NCBI GenBank assembly: GCA_964633925.1
Contig: CAZWKB010000004.1
Location: forward strand, 49,741 to 85,038
DNA length: 35,298 nt
From: an uncultured bacterium
Lineage (GTDB): Bacteria; Margulisbacteria; WOR-1; JAKLHX01
Direction of reading: 5' to 3'
Shown here: positions 1 through 10,059 of the stretch, in pieces
Layout: each line of letters starts with the position of its first letter
Position numbering within the stretch: the stretch's first letter is position 1
The notes under the pieces: generated by a model
What the model saw: only the letters and a program-made list of their open reading frames with translations
Databases searched by the model: none
What the model was told of the DNA's origin: nothing
Translations under genes and position numbers: made by a program

Positions 1-1
1 T

Positions 2-1978
2 GATGGCAAACTCATAGCCATAACAGAAAGATTTTCAGGTTGGATAGATGAAGATAAACAATATTATAAAGATGTTATTTCAAGGAATGAAAAAAAGAAT
101 AAAATATCAAAGTTCAATAAAGCATACGTCTATAGCTTTATTGTTCCCGTCAATGATGAGAATGGCAAAGTTCTTGGTATGGTAGAAATGATATATGATA
201 CATCCTATTTTTTTGCAAGATCCATGGACACCTGGAGAAGCATAATAATCACTCTGGCAGTTCTGATAGTTTCTCTCTTAATGATAGCTTTTTTGTTTTT
301 AAGACAGATGTTTATGTTGCCGATGGAAAAACTTACGATATGGTTTAAAAATTTTCAAAAAGGCGACCTCGATACTATGCATGGGCTCAACCCAAAAGGG
401 ACTTTTGGTGATCTTGCCAGTGAAGTTGAGCAGGTCGCATTAAGCCTGAAAGTTGCAAGAAGATCCATTTCTGAAGAAGCCTCTACAAGATTGATTAAAG
501 ATGAAGTATGGACCGAATCTAAACTAAAAGATCTGGTACGTGCAAAGCTTGATAACAGTACAATGGTGGTCGTTTCGAACAGAGAACCATATATGCATGT
601 TATCGATGAGAAGACAGGATTGGCAAAATGCATAAGACCCGCAAGCGGAGTTGTAACGGCAATAGATCCGATAATGAGAGCTTGTGGAGGCACTTGGGTG
701 GCGCAAGGCAGCGGTAATGCAGACAGGCAATTCGTTAATTTAAAAGATAAATTGGGAGTTCCACCGGATGATGTTTCTTACATATTAAAGAGGATCTGGA
801 TTACTCCTGAAGAAGAAGAAGGTTTTTATTATGGTTTTTCAAATGAAGGGCTTTGGCCTTTATGTCATATTACTCATACCCGTCCGATATTCAGGGAAAC
901 TGACTGGCAGATGTATAAAGCCGTAAATCAAAAATATGCTGACAGTATTATTGAGGAATTACCAGCTAAGAATGCATTCGTATTTATTCAGGATTACCAT
1001 TTTACATTACTTGGCAAAATGATAAAAGAAAAAAGACCGGATGCGACTATCGCTCTTTTTTGGCATATCCCATGGCCTAATACGGAGGTGTTCTCAATTT
1101 GTCCGTATCAGCAGGAGATACTTGACGGTATGCTTGGATGCGATCTTATAGGATTTCATGTCCAATATCATTGCAATAATTTTCTTGACACAGCTAACCG
1201 CCTGCTTGAATGCAGGGTGGATAATGAGAAGAACAGTATCATAAGAAAAGGGAAAGAAACTTTAGTTCGACCTTTTCCAATCAGTATTGATGGGGCATTC
1301 GCTTCTTCCATTTCAGTTAATGAGGGAAAAGAGATACAAAGAATTAAACAAGAACTCGATCTTGAAGGGAAAATAGTTGCTGTTGGCGTAGATAGAATAG
1401 ATTATACAAAGGGTATTGCCGAAAGGATATTGGCTGTAGATAGATTCTTGGAAAAGAATCCGCAATATATTAACAAGTTTGTTTTTATGCAGCTTTCTGC
1501 CCCAAGCAGAACAAAAATTACCCGCTATCACGACCTTCAGGACGAAATAGACTTGCTTGTTGAAAAAAAGAACAGCAAATATGCCAATGGTTCCTGGAAA
1601 CCGATAATATACCTAAAGCGGTATTTCACTCCTGAAGAAATTCATCCGTATTACAGGATAGGAGATATTTGCATTGTAAGTTCTTTGCATGACGGGATGA
1701 ACCTTGTAGCAAAAGAATATGTTGCATCAAAGACTGATCTTTCAGGATCCTTGATACTAAGCAAATTTACCGGTGCGGCAAGAGAGCTTGTTGATGCCAT
1801 TCAGATCAATCCATATTCTATAGAGGAATTTGCAGATGCGATCAAACTGGCTTGTGAAATGACAGACGATGAAAAGAATAAACGTATGGAAAATATGCGC
1901 AGAATTACAACGGAAAATAATGTATATAAATGGGCTGCAAGTATAATCATGGAGCTAAAAAATTTACAAAAAACATAA
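2..1978 (+). CDS. otsA: Membrane sensor / HAMP-domain fusion to trehalose-6-phosphate synthase (GT20, OtsA-type); 5' end runs off the window
   Basis: The frame of ORF 179..1978 stays open back to nt 2 (DGKLIAITERFSGW...PVNDENGKVLGMVEM), so the gene is truncated by the window edge. It has one TM helix (WRSIIITLAVLIVSLLMIAFLFL) and a HAMP-like segment (LPMEKLTIWFKNFQKGDLD...GTFGDLASEVEQVALSL). GT20 motifs follow: VVVSNREPY, GFSNEGLWPLCH, IQDYHF, WHIPWP, GVDRIDYTKGI, LHDGMNLVAKEYV. Confidence 0.85.
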   Translation, partial: DGKLIAITERFSGWIDEDKQYYKDVISRNEKKNKISKFNKAYVYSFIVPVNDENGKVLGMVEMIYDTSYFFARSMDTWRSIIITLAVLIVSLLMIAFLFLRQMFMLPMEKLTIWFKNFQKGDLDTMHGLNPKGTFGDLASEVEQVALSLKVARRSISEEASTRLIKDEVWTESKLKDLVRAKLDNSTMVVVSNREPYMHVIDEKTGLAKCIRPASGVVTAIDPIMRACGGTWVAQGSGNADRQFVNLKDKLGVPPDDVSYILKRIWITPEEEEGFYYGFSNEGLWPLCHITHTRPIFRETDWQMYKAVNQKYADSIIEELPAKNAFVFIQDYHFTLLGKMIKEKRPDATIALFWHIPWPNTEVFSICPYQQEILDGMLGCDLIGFHVQYHCNNFLDTANRLLECRVDNEKNSIIRKGKETLVRPFPISIDGAFASSISVNEGKEIQRIKQELDLEGKIVAVGVDRIDYTKGIAERILAVDRFLEKNPQYINKFVFMQLSAPSRTKITRYHDLQDEIDLLVEKKNSKYANGSWKPIIYLKRYFTPEEIHPYYRIGDICIVSSLHDGMNLVAKEYVASKTDLSGSLILSKFTGAARELVDAIQINPYSIEEFADAIKLACEMTDDEKNKRMENMRRITTENNVYKWAASIIMELKNLQKT

Positions 1979-1979
1979 T

Positions 1980-2762
1980 ATGGCTGATATCTTTAAGCTG
2001 ATGAAAAACCATCATATATTATTATTTATGGATTATGACGGCACTCTTGTCCCAATATCCGACATTCCCGGAAAAGCCATGCTTTCAAATAAAATGAGAA
2101 GGATCTTAACGGATCTTACGGAATTTAGACATTTAAAGTTGGCTGTTATCAGTGGCAGGTCTTTGAGTGAATTAAAAAAAATAGTTGCCATCAATAACAT
2201 TATTTATTCCGGAAATCATGGATTTGAGATTAGTACAGATGATTATGTCTTTCAACAAACTATTTCTGACAGATCAAAAACCGCTATTCAAACTGTGTTA
2301 TTTGCATTAATTGCAGGATTGTCGGATTTGAAGGGGATCATTATTGAGGATAAAAACTTGTCTTTAAGCATTCATTACCGATTAGCGGGTAATAAGGAAG
2401 CTATAAAGGCAAAACAAATTGTAAAAAATATCGCTGACGATTATATCCGAAAAAAGCTGATAAGAATAACAGAAGGGAAAAAAGTCATTGAAATAAGACC
2501 TCAAAAAGATTGGAATAAAGGGAAAGCTGTCAGATGGATATTGAATGAACAGAAAGATCACAATAACAAAAATGTTTTGCCGGTATATATTGGTGACGAT
2601 CAAACAGATGAAGATGCTTTTAAAGCAATAAGAAAAAACGGATTAACGATATATGTTGGCAGAAATGCGAAAACAACTGCTCAATACAGATTAAATGATA
2701 CTAAAGAACTTCAGTGTTTTTTAGAAGATCTGCTAAAAATGAAAAGAGGCGAAGTCTTATGA
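1980..2762 (+). CDS. otsB: Trehalose-6-phosphate phosphatase (HAD superfamily, OtsB-type)
   Basis: HAD motif I is FMDYDGTLVP and the C-terminal motif is YIGDDQTDEDAF. The gene starts 2 nt after the otsA stop. Confidence 0.85.
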   Translation: MADIFKLMKNHHILLFMDYDGTLVPISDIPGKAMLSNKMRRILTDLTEFRHLKLAVISGRSLSELKKIVAINNIIYSGNHGFEISTDDYVFQQTISDRSKTAIQTVLFALIAGLSDLKGIIIEDKNLSLSIHYRLAGNKEAIKAKQIVKNIADDYIRKKLIRITEGKKVIEIRPQKDWNKGKAVRWILNEQKDHNNKNVLPVYIGDDQTDEDAFKAIRKNGLTIYVGRNAKTTAQYRLNDTKELQCFLEDLLKMKRGEVL

Positions 2763-3427
2763 ATGAACAATTAAAAGAGTATGAGCCGTTCCGTTTTTAT
2801 ACGAGGCTGCATTTGTCCGAGCTTACAGGATTACGGGCTCGGAACTTAAAACAACTGGCTGAGCTGATTAAAATGGTGTCCGGTTCTTGTATTTATTATC
2901 ATACTCATAAATACTTGCAGCAACATCAATATCTTTCTCCCGAACCTCCAAATGATTTTGCTTTTTGGGTCGCAAATGTCTGGGGAGATAATAAATTAGG
3001 CGAGAAACTGGCAAGCATAGACACTATCAGTTTTTCAACTATAAGGAGTCTCCGTGAAAAGATACTTGAGATTATTGAAAAACATATAGATGAAACTGTC
3101 CGAGCCAGAGAAGGATCAGTTAATGAAGGCGATGAGTTCCATTTCATCAAAGCGATAAGCTTTGTTCTTCCGACAAATTATATTGCAAGAGATTTAAATG
3201 AATTTGCAGATGCTTTAAATAAAATTACAATTGACTCTATATATTTTCATATTTTCGAATCAAGGCTGAGAAACAAAAAAGGCAAAAATGATTTTTCGTT
3301 ATGGATAGAAAAGTCTTTTGGGGATATCGAAACCGCAAGGAGAATAGAAAAGCTTGATCCCTATACCTATACTCTTGAGGATCTAAGGAACAAACTGGTT
3401 TTGTTGATAAAAAAAGGAATAATTTAA
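2759..3427 (+). CDS. Conserved hypothetical protein made of two tandem copies of a ~95-aa domain; function unknown
   Basis: ATG 2759 overlaps the otsB stop (ATGA) and follows an AGAGG SD, so it is preferred over the upstream start at 2714. The internal repeat is visible by eye: FRFYTRL..LTGLRARNLKQLAELI..SCIYYHTH..NDFAFWV compared with FHFIKAI..NYIARDLNEFADAL..DSIYFHIF..NDFSLWI. Confidence 0.6.
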   Translation: MNEQLKEYEPFRFYTRLHLSELTGLRARNLKQLAELIKMVSGSCIYYHTHKYLQQHQYLSPEPPNDFAFWVANVWGDNKLGEKLASIDTISFSTIRSLREKILEIIEKHIDETVRAREGSVNEGDEFHFIKAISFVLPTNYIARDLNEFADALNKITIDSIYFHIFESRLRNKKGKNDFSLWIEKSFGDIETARRIEKLDPYTYTLEDLRNKLVLLIKKGII

Positions 3428-3428
3428 A

Positions 3429-4640
3429 ATGACAGAAATAAACGATTATCTCCCGATCGTTGGTGAAGCTGTATTAGACGACCTAAGGTTACTGTCTCAA
3501 AATCTAAAAGGCAAAGTCATTCAAAATATAAATTCAACAAGGGTCGGCGGTGGCGTTGCCGAAATACTGAACAGAATGATCCCGCTATTTCGGGAGTTGG
3601 GAGTTGATGCACGATGGGATCTGATAAAAGGGGGAGAACAGTTTTTTGAAGTGACAAAAAAATTTCATAATGCGCTTCATGGCGTCAAGGAAAACCTAAC
3701 GAAAGAAGATTATGATATTTTTATTGAAACCGGAAAAAGCAATATCCAAGATATACATACTTATGGCGATGTCGTGTTTGTTCATGATCCACAACCGATA
3801 TATCTTGTGGAAAAGAGAACTGATAATAAATGGCTTTGGAGATGCCATGTAGATGTCTCAAAACCGGCACCTGATGTTTGGGATTTTTTAAGAAAATATA
3901 TTGATCAATACGATTCAGCCGTATTTTCGGCCCCTTCATTTTCTACTCCTCTTCCGATAAGACAATTCCTAATATCTCCTTCGATAGACCCTTTGAGCGA
4001 TAAGAACAAAGAGCTAAGTCAGAATGTAATAGATGATGTATTAAAAAAGCACAAAATTACGAGCGACAAACCTATAATACTTCAAATATCAAGATTTGAC
4101 AGATTAAAAGATCCTCTGGGGGTTATTGAAGCATATTTGCTGGTAAAAAAATATATAGACTGCCAGCTGATTCTGGCGGGAGGCACTGCAGCAGACGATC
4201 CCGAAGGTTTTCAGGTGCTTGAAGAAGTGAAGCAAAAAGCGGAAAAGGATACTGATATTCACATATTGCTATTACCTCAAAATGATATTGAAGTGAATGC
4301 ATTGCAAAGAGCCGCAACCGTTATCATGCAAAAATCACTTAAAGAAGGTTTTGGTCTTACAATATCAGAAGCACTGTGGAAATCAAAGCCGGTAGTAGCT
4401 TCAGCTATAGGCGGCATTCCGTTACAGATTAAGCACAAATATTCCGGGCTTCTTTGCAATTCAATAGAAGGAGCTGCATTTATGCTTAAACAATTACTGA
4501 ATAGTCCAAAGTTTGCAAACAAACTGGGAGAGAACGGGAAAGAGCATGTTAGGAATAATTTTTTAATAACACGACACATTAAGGAATACATGCTCCTGTT
4601 TCTTTCTCTTTATAATACTGATGACATAAATTATTTGTGA
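3429..4640 (+). CDS. treT: TreT-type trehalose glycosyltransferring synthase (GT4)
   Basis: There are long collinear matches to the Pyrococcus/Thermococcus TreT sequence as I remember it. These include NST.VGGGVAEIL, ARW.LIKG...FF.VTK.FHNALHG, VHDPQP, WLWRCH.D.S.P, SPSIDPLS.KN.EL, ISRFD..K, DDPEG, EVNA.QRA..V..QKS..EGFGLT.SEA.WK.KPV and NFLIT.H. Confidence 0.75.
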   Translation: MTEINDYLPIVGEAVLDDLRLLSQNLKGKVIQNINSTRVGGGVAEILNRMIPLFRELGVDARWDLIKGGEQFFEVTKKFHNALHGVKENLTKEDYDIFIETGKSNIQDIHTYGDVVFVHDPQPIYLVEKRTDNKWLWRCHVDVSKPAPDVWDFLRKYIDQYDSAVFSAPSFSTPLPIRQFLISPSIDPLSDKNKELSQNVIDDVLKKHKITSDKPIILQISRFDRLKDPLGVIEAYLLVKKYIDCQLILAGGTAADDPEGFQVLEEVKQKAEKDTDIHILLLPQNDIEVNALQRAATVIMQKSLKEGFGLTISEALWKSKPVVASAIGGIPLQIKHKYSGLLCNSIEGAAFMLKQLLNSPKFANKLGENGKEHVRNNFLITRHIKEYMLLFLSLYNTDDINYL

Positions 4641-4664
4641 TCTTTTCTATTCATTATCAAGATT

Positions 4665-4693
4665 TTGCCGCTATGGAACTTTTAGACTATAAT
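4665..4693 (+). promoter_or_regulatory. Candidate sigma70-type promoter for the tolC-RND-pyk operon
   Basis: TTGCCG (4665-4670), a 17-nt spacer, then TATAAT (4688-4693). Its position argues that ATG 4696 is too close to be the start and that ATG 4720 is used (GAGGG at 4704-4708). Confidence 0.35.
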
Positions 4694-4719
4694 ATATGTC
4701 AAAGAGGGTAGTGAACAAT

Positions 4720-5964
4720 ATGACTATATTCTTACAAGCTTTTGTGCTTGCGTTTTTTTTATTAGGCAGTTCTGTCGCCTATGCAGCTGTCACAATAGAT
4801 TATTGCATTGATAGTGCGGTTTTAAATGACCAGAGGATACTTGCTATACAAAAGAACATGCAAGCTGCACAGTTCAAACAAAAAGAAAAGCAATATGCAT
4901 ATTTGCCTTCACTTGGTTTGACATCCGGATATATCAGATCTGCGCAGGCAACTTCATCCCGCGGCATAGATGATTATTCTCTATCTCTCATTTTAAGGCA
5001 AAATTTATATAGCGGGGGGAGACTCGACGGCGAAAAGCAGATAGCAGATATTGAATTAAAAAAAGCAGAATCACTTTACAACAAAACAAGGAAAGACATA
5101 GTTCTGGATGTGCAAAAAGCATATTATAGTGCAAGATATGCACAGGATGTCCTTGAGGCAAAACAAAACATAAGAGATAATCTTAAGGCATATTATGAAA
5201 GAGCAAAAAAACTGAATGCCATGACAAATCTTCCAAGGCTAGAAGACCTTTTGCAGATAGAAGTGCAGCTTGGCAATATGCAGATAGAAACAGCAGTTGC
5301 AAAGACAGATCTCCAGAGATCAAAAGCAGTGCTTGCAGATCTTACGTATACGGATATTAAAGACGAATATTTATCTTCTTCTCTGCCAAGAAAAGAGATC
5401 CCGGAAATAAACGAAAGCAATGTGCCCAAAGACAATTATGAATTTATTAACTCCATTTATGACGAGCAAATAGCTGAGCAAAATCTGATCTATTCAAAAA
5501 GTGCTCTGTTGCCGTCAGTAAATATGTCGGCATATACCGGCTGGCAGGGGGCAACCTTGCCTTCGATGAACAATAATGCATACTTTGCAATAGCCTTTGA
5601 AATGACACTTTATGATTTTGGAAAATCTTATTCAAAGACAGAACAAAGCCGCAGTATTTATGAACAAAGGTCCCTCGAAAGAGAAATTAAAGCTGATAAG
5701 ATAGTTCTTGAGCTGTCCAATCTAAAAAGGGACTTAGCAACATATCTGCAAAATCTTGACATAGCGAAGCAGAATATGAAGAATGCGCAAAAAAGTCTGA
5801 AGATATATGAGGACAGATCTCTAAGTTTTACAACGAACAGCAGGCAATTGCTAGATGCTCAACAGTCATATCTCCAGTCGCAGATGAATTATCTTGGAAT
5901 ACTGCGCAACTATAACATCACCTTGATAGAAATATGCAGAATAATGGGTAAAGACTTAATATGA
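4720..5964 (+). CDS. TolC-family outer-membrane efflux protein
   Basis: Signal peptide MTIFLQAFVLAFFLLGSSVAYA, followed by two coiled-coil/beta-barrel repeats typical of OEP/TolC proteins. An alternative start is 4696. The stop overlaps the RND start (ATGA). Confidence 0.8.
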   Translation: MTIFLQAFVLAFFLLGSSVAYAAVTIDYCIDSAVLNDQRILAIQKNMQAAQFKQKEKQYAYLPSLGLTSGYIRSAQATSSRGIDDYSLSLILRQNLYSGGRLDGEKQIADIELKKAESLYNKTRKDIVLDVQKAYYSARYAQDVLEAKQNIRDNLKAYYERAKKLNAMTNLPRLEDLLQIEVQLGNMQIETAVAKTDLQRSKAVLADLTYTDIKDEYLSSSLPRKEIPEINESNVPKDNYEFINSIYDEQIAEQNLIYSKSALLPSVNMSAYTGWQGATLPSMNNNAYFAIAFEMTLYDFGKSYSKTEQSRSIYEQRSLEREIKADKIVLELSNLKRDLATYLQNLDIAKQNMKNAQKSLKIYEDRSLSFTTNSRQLLDAQQSYLQSQMNYLGILRNYNITLIEICRIMGKDLI

Positions 5965-8900
5965 GATTAAGCTCAATAGCAATAAAAAGAATAGTAGGAA
6001 CTCTTGTAATAACGACATTATTGAGTGGCATGGGCATTTATTTCCTTTTCGCACTATCGGTAGATCTTCTGCCAAAAATAACGTATCCGATAATTCGTAT
6101 CAGAATTGCCTATCCGGGAGCATCGCCGGAAGAGATAGAGACAAACGTAACAAGACGTGTCGAGTCTTCGATAGCGGCCGCAGAAGATGCTGTCAAAGTT
6201 GTCTCAACTGTGACCGAAGGTTCATCCCGCACAGATGTGTTCTTTGATTACGGCAAAGACATGGAAGCAGCCCTGAATGATGTCCGTGCAAGGATGGACA
6301 GGATACGGGATCTTCCTGATGAAATAGAAAGCCCCGTAGTATTTAAGGCCGATCCGACACAGCTTCCGATATTTGACATTGCCATGTTCTCAGACATTAG
6401 AGACGATATAGAACTAACAAGATGGGCCGACAAAGAATTGATAGAGCTTTTTACAGGCATAGAGGGGCTTGCTTCTGTCACGGTAAGCGGGGGAAAGAAC
6501 AGGGAGGTACGTGTAGTATTTGACCCTGCAAAGCTTAATCAATACGAATTATCGGAATCAAAAATAATATCAAGGCTTGCTCAAGAGAATATTGATACAC
6601 CGGGCGGCTATATAACACAAGGCAACAGGGAATTAACAGTTCGCCTTGCCTCAAAATTCAGGGATCTAACGGACATAGAAAAGGTGATAGTAGAGAACAG
6701 GGAGGGGCAGGCAATAAAACTCGGTGATGTCGCCAAAGTGATAGACTCACATGCCGATCAGAGAGTAATGATGAGAGTGAATCAAAAACCGTCTGTTGTG
6801 ATAAGTTTTTTAAAACAGCCCAATGCAAACACTGTTGCCGTTTGTGATGCAATACAAAAAAAGATAGCCGAGCTTAAAACAAAAGGGTTGATTGCAGAAG
6901 ATATTAAAACAGCTGTGATCAATGATCAGTCCTATTACATTAACAATTCCATAAAGAGCGTCAGCGAAGCATTGCTATATGGTGCCGGTCTTGCCACAAT
7001 AGTGGTATTTCTTTTTTTAGGAAGTATAATACGCACAATTATCGTAGCAATTGCGGTGCCTGTATCTCTTATGGTGACTTTTTTGTTCATGTATCTCCTT
7101 GGCATGAACATCAATATGATCAGTCTTGGAGGTTTGATGCTCGGAGTCGGGATGCTTCTCGATAATTCCATTGTAGTGCTCGAAAATATTACAAGGTATC
7201 AAAAGATCACAACCGACAGGCATAAGGCGGCGGAAGATGCCAGCAGCGAGATCGGATCGGCAGTTATTGCTTCAACTCTCACAAATCTTGCTTCCGTCGC
7301 TCCTTTCTTTTTAATAGGCGGCGCAGCTGTTCTTTTGTTCAGGGATATCATAATTACAATATCGATCGCTGTTATAGCTTCATTGCTAACGGCACTTACT
7401 GTGGTCCCTGCATTAGCTGCCAGGCTGACAAAGTATTCCGGAAAAAGAGAAAAGATGGGAGACAGGATCAACAACAAAGCTGCGGATATGTATTCTGCCA
7501 TGCTAAAAAAAGTCTTAAAGTTCAGATGGTTTGTTGTGTCTTTGTTGGTCATATCTTCTATAGTTTGCTATTATTCTATAAATCCACAGACAGGAGAGTT
7601 TTTGCCGCAAACAGATGACGGCAAGGCCACCATTTCTGTCAAATTGCCGGATGCAACCGCAATACATATTACCGATGCACTTGCAGAAAAGATCGAAAAA
7701 GCTCTTATTGAGAAATATAAAGATATTGATGTTCTATATTCTTCTGTAGGTGGATTCTGGTTTGCCGGAGGGGTCAGTTCATATTCAAATCAAATAAGAT
7801 TCAATATTCAGCTTGTTGACAAAAATATCAGAAAGAAGCCCACTGCTGATTTTGTTAAAAGTTTAAAGCCGTTTTTGACAAAGATGATGCCAAAGGATGC
7901 AGAGCTAAAAATAACACGGCCGAGGATACGTGGCATGCGAATAGGTTCTGCTGATGAATCTTTTGAAATAAAAATATTCGGACCTGAAATTTCAAAACTG
8001 CAACAATACTCTGATGATATGATCAGCAGGCTTTCAAGTGTCGAAGGTCTTGTGAATCTTGACACTTCGCTTAATCTTTCACGCCCTGAAATTCACATAA
8101 CATTTGACAGAAAAAGATTAAGCGATTACGGGCTTAGTGCGGCAAGTGTCGGAGAAACCGTCAAAGCAAATCTGACAGGTGTTGTTGCAACAAGATTTAC
8201 AGATCCAAAATATGAAGAGGATTTTGATATCCGTGTGATATATCAGAGAGAAATGTTTTCTGACATAAAAAAGATGAGATCCATGCTTATTCCGACAAAT
8301 TCAGGTATGTCTGTTACTCTAGGAGATATTGCCTCCATCACCAGTGCCTTTGGCCCAGCAGAAATCGAAAGAGAGAACAGATCAAGGCTTGTCAGGGTCT
8401 TGGGAGATGCTCAGGGGGTGTCTGTGGGGCAGGTAACAGAAAGTGCAAAAAAAATATTGCAAAATTTCAAACTCGATGAGCAATACAGATTCGAGATCGC
8501 AGGCGAGGCAGAGAGCATCGCCGAAAGCAACCGTACACTTATGATAGCGGCTTTGATGGCTTTGTTTCTTGTCTTTGGTATTATGGCGGTGCAGTTCGAG
8601 TCGCTTAAAGATCCTCTTGTCATAATGTTTACAGTTCCGTTTGCAGTGATAGGGGCTGTTTTGGCACTGGCGATGACAGGGACTGCGTTCAGTGCTGTAG
8701 TATTTCTTGGCATAATTTTGCTTATAGGGATTGCAGTCAACAACGGTATTGTTATGGTAAATTATTTCGGGGTCTTGCGCAGTGAATATGGAAAAACAAT
8801 ATATGAAGCGGTTATGGAAGGAGCCCCCACAAGGCTAAGACCTGTTCTTATGACAAGCATAACAACTATCGCCGGCATGATACCTATCAGTCTTGGCTTT

Positions 8901-9035
8901 GGAGAAGGATCAGAAATGCTTGCTCCTCTCGGGATCACGGTTATAGGAGGGCTTATGATGGCAACTGTGCTAACGCTTTTCGTAGTCCCTTCGATCTATA
9001 TGATATTTAATAACAGTAATAGAGATAGGGCATAA
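5961..9035 (+). CDS. RND efflux permease (AcrB/HAE-type, 12 TM, 1024 aa)
   Basis: AcrB-like N-terminus ([23 protein letters not shown]), two large periplasmic loops and duplicated TM bundles ([14 protein letters not shown]; [13 protein letters not shown]; RLRPVLMTS). Confidence 0.9.
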   Translation: MRLSSIAIKRIVGTLVITTLLSGMGIYFLFALSVDLLPKITYPIIRIRIAYPGASPEEIETNVTRRVESSIAAAEDAVKVVSTVTEGSSRTDVFFDYGKDMEAALNDVRARMDRIRDLPDEIESPVVFKADPTQLPIFDIAMFSDIRDDIELTRWADKELIELFTGIEGLASVTVSGGKNREVRVVFDPAKLNQYELSESKIISRLAQENIDTPGGYITQGNRELTVRLASKFRDLTDIEKVIVENREGQAIKLGDVAKVIDSHADQRVMMRVNQKPSVVISFLKQPNANTVAVCDAIQKKIAELKTKGLIAEDIKTAVINDQSYYINNSIKSVSEALLYGAGLATIVVFLFLGSIIRTIIVAIAVPVSLMVTFLFMYLLGMNINMISLGGLMLGVGMLLDNSIVVLENITRYQKITTDRHKAAEDASSEIGSAVIASTLTNLASVAPFFLIGGAAVLLFRDIIITISIAVIASLLTALTVVPALAARLTKYSGKREKMGDRINNKAADMYSAMLKKVLKFRWFVVSLLVISSIVCYYSINPQTGEFLPQTDDGKATISVKLPDATAIHITDALAEKIEKALIEKYKDIDVLYSSVGGFWFAGGVSSYSNQIRFNIQLVDKNIRKKPTADFVKSLKPFLTKMMPKDAELKITRPRIRGMRIGSADESFEIKIFGPEISKLQQYSDDMISRLSSVEGLVNLDTSLNLSRPEIHITFDRKRLSDYGLSAASVGETVKANLTGVVATRFTDPKYEEDFDIRVIYQREMFSDIKKMRSMLIPTNSGMSVTLGDIASITSAFGPAEIERENRSRLVRVLGDAQGVSVGQVTESAKKILQNFKLDEQYRFEIAGEAESIAESNRTLMIAALMALFLVFGIMAVQFESLKDPLVIMFTVPFAVIGAVLALAMTGTAFSAVVFLGIILLIGIAVNNGIVMVNYFGVLRSEYGKTIYEAVMEGAPTRLRPVLMTSITTIAGMIPISLGFGEGSEMLAPLGITVIGGLMMATVLTLFVVPSIYMIFNNSNRDRA

Positions 9036-9039
9036 GAAC

Positions 9040-10059
9040 ATGGTTAAAACAAAAATAATCTGTACTTTAGGACCCGCATCATCAAGTCCGGCTGTTTTGA
9101 GAAATATGATCCTGTCAGGAATGGACATTGTTCGTTTGAATTTTTCTCATGGCAGCCACAAGGACAAGATACAAATTATAAAGCTTGTCAGGCAGTTGAA
9201 CAAAAAGATGGGCAGGCACATAAAAATACTCGGAGATCTTCAGGGGCACAGAGTGAGGGTAGGAAGTCTTGCTTCTCCAATTGAACTGAAAAAGAAACAA
9301 ATAGTCTGGCTGACAAAAAAAAGAACAGGCAATGATCCGGCAAGTATTCCCTTTGATTTTAAAGGTCCGCTGAAAAGTATAAAAAAAGGACATCAGATAT
9401 TCATAGATGACGGCAATATATGCCTTGAGGTAATAGGCAGGACTTTGGATGGGATAAAAACCGCAGTAATAGTCGGCGGTCTTCTTAAATCAAATAAAGG
9501 GATAAATATTCCGGATGCAAAACTTGAATTTGGATGCATCAGCGCCAAGGACACCGATGATATTGAGTTTTGCAAAAAGAATAAAGTAGATTATATAGCA
9601 CAATCATTTGTCAGAACAAAAGATGACATCCTCGAAGTGCGAAGCATCCTTGGCACAAAAACGAATTGCAAAGTGATAGCAAAAATTGAGAATGCGGATG
9701 GCATAAAGAATATAGACGGGATAATAAAAACATCTGACGGCATAATGATAGCAAGAGGCGATATGGGTGTTTCTTTACCGGTCTATAAAGTCCCTGTGAT
9801 ACAGAAGATGATAATCAATAAATGCAATGATGCCGCAAAGATCGTAATAACTGCAACACAGATGCTCGAGAGCATGACAGAGAACAAACGCCCCACACGG
9901 GCAGAAGTGTCTGATGTGGCCAATGCCGTCATAGACGGCACTGATTTCGTAATGCTTTCAGGAGAAACAGCGATCGGCAAATATCCTGCAGAGTCTGTCG
10001 ACATAATGAACAAGACTATTCAGTATACCGAAAGATATCTGTCTACTTCAGTTTTTTAG
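9040..10059 (+). CDS. pyk: Pyruvate kinase, short form (A and B domains only; C-terminal domain absent)
   Basis: Motifs present: [73 protein letters not shown]. The protein ends about 10 residues after the A domain. Confidence 0.8.
   Translation: MVKTKIICTLGPASSSPAVLRNMILSGMDIVRLNFSHGSHKDKIQIIKLVRQLNKKMGRHIKILGDLQGHRVRVGSLASPIELKKKQIVWLTKKRTGNDPASIPFDFKGPLKSIKKGHQIFIDDGNICLEVIGRTLDGIKTAVIVGGLLKSNKGINIPDAKLEFGCISAKDTDDIEFCKKNKVDYIAQSFVRTKDDILEVRSILGTKTNCKVIAKIENADGIKNIDGIIKTSDGIMIARGDMGVSLPVYKVPVIQKMIINKCNDAAKIVITATQMLESMTENKRPTRAEVSDVANAVIDGTDFVMLSGETAIGKYPAESVDIMNKTIQYTERYLSTSVF

Noticed and set aside
5961-9035. Many 60-117-aa antisense or off-frame ORFs inside the RND, ATPase, OtsA, TreT, GT and permease genes (for example 7199..7552 -, 8411..8743 -, 12118..12468 +, 25988..26338 +, 30399..30758 -, 31356..31700 +)
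   Set aside because: All are nested within long, motif-supported genes, and they have the skewed composition typical of shadow ORFs. None has an independent family signature.
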